NCBI RefSeq assembly: GCF_009914755.1
Contig: NC_060927.1
Strand: one strand, 5' to 3'
From: the human T2T-CHM13v2.0 reference genome, Homo sapiens
DNA: 64,000 nucleotides
Part shown: positions 50,691-64,000 of the stretch, piece by piece
Layout of the letters: every line of letters begins with the position of its first letter
Position numbering within the stretch: the first letter of the stretch is position 1
Made by a program: the position numbers and the translations under genes
The notes under the pieces: model-generated
The model's database searches: none
Told to the model about the DNA's origin: nothing
The model's input: only the letters and a program-made list of their open reading frames with translations

Positions 50691-51794
50691 TTTGAGTTTC
50701 AACTGTACTTATTCGGGCCTTGACAGCTGTTATGGGGCTCACTTACTACTGAATGAATAATTTTCCCTGAAGCTTGCTTTTGCACTAAGCAAAAAAAAAG
50801 CTCTGTGATTAAACAAATTGATTATTCATTCATTCAACCAATCAGTCATTCAATTAGCCATTTATCGACTAAATATTTGCCTATCATCTACTGTTAATAC
50901 CAGTAATAATTCAGTAATATTATTTATGGAATGCTTAATAAACGATGCCAGGCATGGTGGCTCATACCTATGGCCCCTGCTACATGGGAGGCTGAAGTGG
51001 GAGAATTGCTTGAGCCCAGGAGTTCAAGTTTAACCTGGGCAACACAGCAAGACCCATTTCAAATAAATAAATAAATAAATAAATAAATGTTAAAGTCACC
51101 ATGCTTAGACTATTACTGGTAATCGCATTCATTTCTCACAAGAGTTCTGTAAGGTAGCTATTAACTGGTCCCTGTTTTGGGTGCTTCTTAAACAATAAAA
51201 GGCTATGCAAATAAGACTGCATTTTTATCAAACAAAGAATTTTATAGACAACTCAAGTTTTTCATTTATTTGTTGGCCTTCCCTCTCCCCTCTCACTCTC
51301 TCCAGTTGCTGTGAGTTGATGAGGTTTTATTGCATCTCTTCTCTACTCAGGACCAAATGGTCTATGACTTTGCTCAAGCTTTTATGTTTATTGGGGTTGA
51401 AGTGGTGCTTGGCTGACACTGGGAGGAAGACATTACACTCCCAACATCCCTGGTGTCAGAGCAAGATTGGTATTCATTCCAGGTGCACACTGAACACTTC
51501 ATCTTCCAGACACCCAATTGAGCCAAGGTGCTATATAAGTCAAATAAATAAGTAAAATGCTGGAAAGCCAAGGGCAATTCTGTCCTTATTTGGCAGATGG
51601 AAATGTAGTTAACTTTTTCTGAGTTCCTATTGAATGCTAATACTTCCCAAGAACTTTGGAAAAGACAGGAAACAAGAGGATTAGCCAGAAAAACAAAGAG
51701 AGGGACAGACTGTCTTGACTCTTGAAAAGTTTAATTAGTTTAAGAGTCAAAACAAGCTGGAAGAATAGATATCAAAATATATATATAAATAACT

Positions 51795-52800
<1,006 letters not shown>

Positions 52801-53512
52801 CAAATTTGACATGTGCTATATCTCATTTAAACATCCCAAGAGCACTGTGAAGTAGTCTTATTATCCTCATTTTTTGAATGAGGAAAGTAGAGTTCACAGA
52901 ATTTTTGGAACTTGCCCTAGCTTCACAGCTAGTGAATGGCAAAACTAAACTCTCAATTTAAGTCTGTCTCACTCCAAAAGCTATGGATTTCCCACTATTT
53001 CAAACTGCCCCCAGATACTTCCTGGAAAAGTGGACCTAGAATACAATCTGAGCTGGTCAATGTTGTCACAATCTCTAGAGCCTGGGAGTAAACAGGCCTG
53101 GTGACATTACTTAGGGCCACATGCTACCAAAATAATAGGATAGTTAACAGAATGACTTGGAAGGGACCCAGAATGTAGGCGTCAATGACCCTGACCAAAA
53201 CTCTGTGATCCCCTGAAGCTAACTCAGAATGCAAAAAATCCCAGTGCAACCAGCACTTCTACTTCCTCCTTTAACAATGACAGAGACCATTCAAATCAGA
53301 TTCTCGTCTGACTTTCCCCCTTCACCTTTCCATGAGCCTTCTGCCACATTAACTCAATACAAGAAACAATTCTATGACAATGTATAAAAGCAAAGACTTC
53401 AAACTCAAGTCGATGCTGTATGTGAGCAAAGGAGTACTATTTTCCTGTTGAATTTTTGTCATCTAAAAGACTTCAATTCAGACATAAATTACCAACTTAA
53501 GAAATGAAAGAG

Positions 53513-54800
<1,288 letters not shown>

Positions 54801-55362
54801 GACTTTAGTTCAAGTTGAGACCAAAGACTGTGCTATTATGGGGTGGAGAAAAGTATCACAATTTTGGTAATACTAGGCAAGATGTAACCTCAAGTCTCCA
54901 GGCAGCCCCATGAGGTAAGCAAGTTTCCTTCATGTCCCTGTTTTGCCGATGAGGAAGTAGTAAGAGTAAATAGACTACGGAACCACAACCTGATCACCTC
55001 TCTTCTGGTGGTTGGGAAGGAAGAGATAGGCAGACACCCAAAATAAACTTTGTCTACTTCATAGCTTCCCTGTGAATGAGAACAGAAAAAGTTCAGGAGC
55101 CACCAGAGGATGTTAAGGAGGCTTCTTAGAGAAGACGTGGCAATGCACCTCATGGAGACGTTTAATTTCTTCACTACAAGGAATTTCAAACTTATCTAAA
55201 AGGAAATAGAATACAACAAAGCTCCCTTACCCAATCCCAACAAACAACCATCAATGTCCTATTCATTCATACCTCCATCTACTTCCTCTGTCACATATTA
55301 TTTTGAAGCAAATCTTACCCATTGTATTTTACCCATAAATGTTTCATTCTATATCTCTAAAA

Positions 55363-55582
55363 CATTGTTTCTAGACCTCAGCACTATTGATGTGTGGGCT
55401 AAATAATTCTTTGTTGTAGAGGACAGTCCTGTGTGTTGTAGGACGTTCAGTAATATTCCTGGTCTCTACCCACTAGATGCCAGTATCACCCGTCCCCCGC
55501 TGTTTCGACAAACAAAAATGACTCCAGAAATCTCCCCTGGGGGTGTGGGGGTAAAACGTCAAAAATGAAAACTACTGCTCTA
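55363..55582. mobile_element. MER20 (hAT-Charlie)
   Basis: cagcactattgatgtgtggg..ataattctttgttgt..tgtaggacgttcag..ctctacccactagatgccagta. Confidence 0.85.
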
Positions 55583-55646
55583 ATAGACAAGGACTCTTTC
55601 TTAAAAAGCATACACATGATATTATTATCACACCTAAAAAAATATA

Positions 55647-57732
<2,086 letters not shown>

Positions 57733-57747
57733 AACAATGCTTTTAAC

Positions 57748-57868
57748 TGGCTTGCCAGATAAAATGCACCATGGGACATACTTACATTAAAATATTATTT
57801 ATTATTTGTATAAAATTTAAATTTAACTGAGTGCCCTGAATTTTTCTTTACTAAATCTGGCAAGCCCA
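57748..57868. mobile_element. MER53-like MITE, internally deleted
   Basis: TIRs ggcttgccagat ... atctggcaagcc. Confidence 0.75.
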
Positions 57869-59724
57869 CTTTTAATGTGAAGTAATAAAAGAAAGATCTG
57901 GGTGCTGGAACCAAATGGGCTGGCCTCTGTGAAGATAGGAGAGGAATTATTATTCCAAGTCTTTTAAATAAGAACATCAGGATTTTGGTGAAATAAGGAG
58001 GGAAAACCAATTTGAGAGCCACACAGTCCTTGTCTCAAATCTGGAGTCTACTATCACCATCACCACCACCACCATCATCCCACCTCACTCCCCTCTCTGT
58101 GTCCTGATCTGGATGTCCTGAAGCAAGTTATTTGTTTCCCCCCATTCTCAGTAATAGTGCGTATCTTCCAAGGATTAAATGAGAACATGTGTGTAAAGGC
58201 ACCTTGTAAATTGCAAACTGCCAAACAGCAGGTTATTATCATGTTAGTAAATTACACACACAAGGACATGTCAAACAGGAACAAAACATCTGCCACAGAC
58301 AACCACAGAATTGTTCCTTGCAGCACATTTTTGATGGCTCTCTGAGGTCAAAACAACTCAAGGTTTAGTCACTCCAGTGCTGAACCCATATATTAATATC
58401 TATCCAAATTGTTCTATGATCCTATTTATAGCTGCACTGATCATTAAATGTTGTTGGAACATTTTGCCTCAAGTCAGTTGTTAAATTGCTTGGCGAGTAG
58501 TGTGCAACGCGTGGCTCAGGGGAAGCCTGTGTGGTTTATGAGTTTGGCAGCTCATAACTCCAGGGCCTCACCTTATCCTCACACACTAGTCCTGGTCACC
58601 TTGGAAACTGCCCTATTCTAGATGCAGAGCACAGGACGCCCTGGCTGACATGGAATTAATCAGCAGCCACCTTCTCTACTGGTCTCTGTTACTGGAAAAA
58701 CGTCAGTGCCTCTCAAGCCACTTTAGGGAGGATCCATGGCAGAGTTTTAAGGATCTTCCAGGGAAAATTAATATAAGAGTCTGGGTTTTATGAGAAAATG
58801 GAAAAATAAGACAAGCAAGAAAGAAATTAAGAAAGAAAGAGGAAAAGACAGAAATAAGAAGAAAGAGAAAAAAAATAAGGAGAAGAAAAAAACCAGAAGA
58901 TTATTATCCCATTTTACAGATGAGGAAACTGAAACTCAGATGCCCAAAGTTACTAAGCAAATAAGTATCAGAGCTCTGTTTCAAATCCAAGATAAACAAA
59001 ATTCCTTCAGGAGAAAAAACTCCCCCCAAGAAGAATGAATTTTACAGATGTCCAAAGACGTAAAGAGACAATCACCTGTGTTTATGTCCTTCAGCTAGAG
59101 AGTAAATTCCAAAATTCCATGAAAATATATGAGGATACCCCATTGGATGGACATTTTTTAAAGTGAAAAGGCTCAAAGCCAGCAAAATGTGTTACTGAAA
59201 CTCGTGCATGCAGATATGGTTGGTGACAACAAAAAGCAATTTGTAAAATTTAACAGGAGTCATAAAAATGTTACTAGTTTGTTCCAGTTACTGTTGCCTA
59301 TAACAAATTACCCCAAAAATTTAGCAGCTTAAAATAACCATTTAATGATATCCATGGATTCTGTGTGTCAAGAATCTAGACAAGGCACAGTGGGGTGGCT
59401 TATCTCTGCTCCTCAATGGGTAGGGCTTCAGCTGGGAAGACTCTATGGCTGCGAGGACTTAGTGGCTAGGGTTGGAACATCCAAAGGCTCGACTGGGCTG
59501 AAAAATCCTAGATGGCTGCCAGTTGGTGTTAGCTGTTGGCCAGGAACTCAACTGGGCTATCCTGGAGAGCATCTATCTGTGGCCTCTCTAGCATGGTGAT
59601 CTCGAGGTAGTTCAACTTTGTGGCTGACTCTCCCAGGAGAAAGAATCAGGCAGCAGCTTCATGGCATTTTCTGACCAGTCACACAGTATCACTTTCACTG
59701 CATTCCCTCAATTGAATCGGTCAC

Positions 59725-60649
<925 letters not shown>

Positions 60650-60979
60650 GGGTTGAATATCTTATGGAATTTATTGACTAAGTACTGAATGTGTATTGCT
60701 TTTACACCATAGTAAAGTTGAAAAATTGTAAGCCAAGCCATTGTAAATCAGAGTCTGTCTATATATATGTAGAGTCAAAGACCGAGAGGAAACACAAAGA
60801 TGAAAACAGTTGCTGTTTACAGGACTGGAATTATAGGTGACTTTTTTCTCCCTTCTTTGTTTCAGAATTACTGTTGTTTAACTTCTTTATAATAATTTCT
60901 GAAATTGTCAAAGTCTAGGATAAAAAACAGCCACAGAAAATGAGAGCAACAGGGAGAGAGAAGAGGATGTGTGGCGAGT

Positions 60980-61430
60980 GTATCAGTCAGCTACTGCTAT
61001 GTAACAAACCACCCCAGAACTCTGCATCTTAACAATTATTATTGATTGTTAAGCTCACTTGTGTGAGTCAGCTGAGGTATGGCCAATCTACGCTGAGCTT
61101 ACTCATGCATCTGTGGGTTGGTTGGAGGATCTTCTCTAGGCTGGGTTTGTCCGGGGCAGCTCTGTTCCCCATGTTCCCTAGTGGGCTATGGGGAGCCATA
61201 TTCTTCTCATGGTGATGGCAGAGGTGTACAAAGATAAGCAGAAACACCTGAGGTCTCTTGAGACCTAAGTGCAGAACTCAAGTGTGTTCACTTCTGCATT
61301 ACTGACATAACCAAACCCAAAGTTTAGAGCCAGGTGGAATTCACAGAGAGAAGACACTGCCAAGTTACATTGCAAAGGATGTGGATACAGGAAGGGATGA
61401 TAAATAGGGACCAATAACATCATCTAACTA
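60980..61430. mobile_element. MLT1-like LTR (a related one lies at ~59275-59725)
   Basis: tgtatcagtcagctactgctatgtaacaaaccaccccagaactc...ttctcatggtgatggcagag...gcaaaggatgtggatacagg. Confidence 0.75.
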
Positions 61431-61543
61431 CAGGAAAGGAAAGGAAAATGAGAGATTGGACAGGATGAGAAGCAGTTCAAGGCAGGAGGTTCAAGGACAC
61501 AGTGGATAACAGTTATTCTCTCATACTCCCCAAACCGGACCCC

Positions 61544-61544
<1 letters not shown>

Positions 61545-61609
<65 letters not shown>
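61545..61609. repeat. (CA)n microsatellite, roughly 31 units
   Basis: Uninterrupted AC run. Confidence 0.98.
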
Positions 61610-61610
<1 letters not shown>

Positions 61611-62380
61611 GAAGCATCTAGTCGTCTACCTAATATCCATTGCTTTTCTCCTATACAAAAAGAAATCTGACCCAGCTCCAGTCAGAGGGGATAGTTCCTA
61701 CCTGGTCTAAGCTAATCTTTGCAGTCCATTTGCCTGGTGAGTGATTGGTTTAGGATTGGTCACATGATACAGTTCAGGCCAATAAGAAGTGAGAGAAAAA
61801 TCTGCTGGCCAGTAGAAGGGTTTCTCTGAAATGTTTCTTGACTAAAAACAAAACAAAAACAAGCAAAAATCAGCAGCCCTCCCTCTTCCAAACTTTGTGA
61901 GATCTGGACCTGCCACCACCATCCTGCACGGCAGAGTGGACAGAAGGAAAGAACCTTAGACTTGCTGATATTGATAACAGCTGAATTCACTGCCAGAGCT
62001 GCCCTCCCTCTGGGTGACCTGACATCTGAGATGAATTTTATTTTCTCCAGTCTTGTCCTCTCTCCTAGACTCCAAATGCTTTCAGCTGCCTGTGGTGGCC
62101 TCTACATTCGAATGTCTCACTTAAGTCCAAACAAATTCCTCATGGGATTTGCTGGGATTCCCCAAGAGCAGAACAGAAATCAGGCACTCTGAAAATCGTG
62201 CCATGAAAATGCAATTTGTTAGTGAGGTGAGGAGAGAATACCAGTGTGGAGCCCCACAGTCCTCAGCCTGAATCCTGTGGCACTGCCACATACTTACCTG
62301 AGTGAAGTCCTTATATCTCCTCTCTGGGTCTCAATTTCCTCATCTGTAAAATGGGGATAATAGAGTCCAGGGGAGGATTA

Positions 62381-62822
<442 letters not shown>

Positions 62823-64000
62823 TTATATTTCCTGGATGATCATAGCAGGATCATTGCATGTCCTGCCCAAATAACCATCACTGCACACTGCAAGGCATAC
62901 AGGGCCAGAACCAACTGCACTGGGCATTAGGGTGGCATTTCCTAAGTGTGTTCTTAGAAACTTAGCTCTCAAGTAGTACGAATGTTATGAAGGGGCAAAA
63001 GAAATGCTGGAATCAAATAACTTTGGGAAACATTGCGTTAAATAACACCAAAGCAGGTTTCTTTAATGCAGGACCTCTCAGAGCATTGAACAGAGTGGTA
63101 CACTTTGAAATATCCAATGAAGGATGGAATCTGCAGAGTTTCCTAAACCTCTTGCTCCTGGGAGACCATCCAGCTGGGAAAGGCTGCATCAGGAAATGAG
63201 GCATCTGTCCACGTAGTGACGAAACCACAGACAACCACCGAGGTCAGCCTCAACTTTGCATTCACCCCCAATCACTGCATTGTAGAAATTCTCTCCTTTC
63301 CTACTTCAGTCTAAATAGTAACTTAAGGAACTCCATTCACTGCTGCTCCGCAGTCTTCCACAGTGTCCCCATTCATCCCCTCTGAATGAAGCAAACCTCC
63401 AAGTTCATGGTTTTAGGTAGTCTTCTGAGGCTAAGAGAAGAGGGTCATCTTGTCAGGACAGAGAGAATTCTCCCTTCCTATTCCCGTCCTGAAGCAGGCC
63501 CTGAACACAGGTAGGCAAAGCTGGCTTTCCCATCTCAGCCAGGTCTCTCAGCTGCTGAGTTCAGTAAATTTCAAGATAGCTGGCTTTCTTAGGTCCTGCT
63601 ATTGCCCTCTTGTATGTTAATGAACTTCCTTTAAAAACCCATCATATGTTTTGAGACTGTAGCTAAGAGATATAAGGAAAGGTCAGGATCTGGGGCAGAC
63701 CAAACAGCCTTAGCAAAACCCTAAGACTCTGGGAAAGGGACTATGCATATATTCAGAAGACCTTGGCCCCAAAGTTCACCTGTAATACGCATGTGAATGA
63801 GCTATTCCTTTCTGTTGTCACCTCCCAGAATGGTCAATAATTCTATCTCAGAAACTGACCAGATAAAATGACTCTCAGTTCTCATATAGGCTTATCCTGA
63901 ATCTTTTTGTCTCAGGAACACTGAGAAAGCAGGCCTTTTCCTGAACTCTTTTAACTAGAATGAAGAAGACATTCCCAGGATGACTCTAAGACAAAAACCA

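Overview
Primate (very probably human) genomic DNA, mostly interspersed repeats. The only supported protein-coding sequence is the 3' end of BFSP2 (phakinin/CP49, lens beaded-filament protein) on the + strand. It comprises a 221-bp coding exon (3442-3662) and a last exon (from 6067) carrying 1 coding base, the stop codon and a short 3'UTR with AATAAA. The rest is intergenic: a processed MAF1 pseudogene (~21540-23152), a 3'-truncated 5S rRNA pseudogene, a 5'-truncated SVA, several L1 relics, an ERV-L provirus remnant with MLT2 LTR, MaLR LTRs, hAT/Tigger DNA-transposon relics, many Alus and microsatellites. I found no convincing new biological system. The most unusual features are: (1) the last BFSP2 intron is protein-neutral, since spliced and unspliced forms both end ...EESG-stop; (2) a perfect 99-bp tandem duplication of apparently unique sequence; (3) a five-level nested insertion (L1 > AluJ > MER52-like LTR > 5S copy > AluY) with TSDs readable for all four inserted layers; (4) a degenerate ~19-bp minisatellite rich in RUNX cores; (5) long GGAA arrays; (6) a compact foldback structure. 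Repeat subfamily names come from recalled consensus sequences, not from a RepeatMasker run, and repeat boundaries are approximate.
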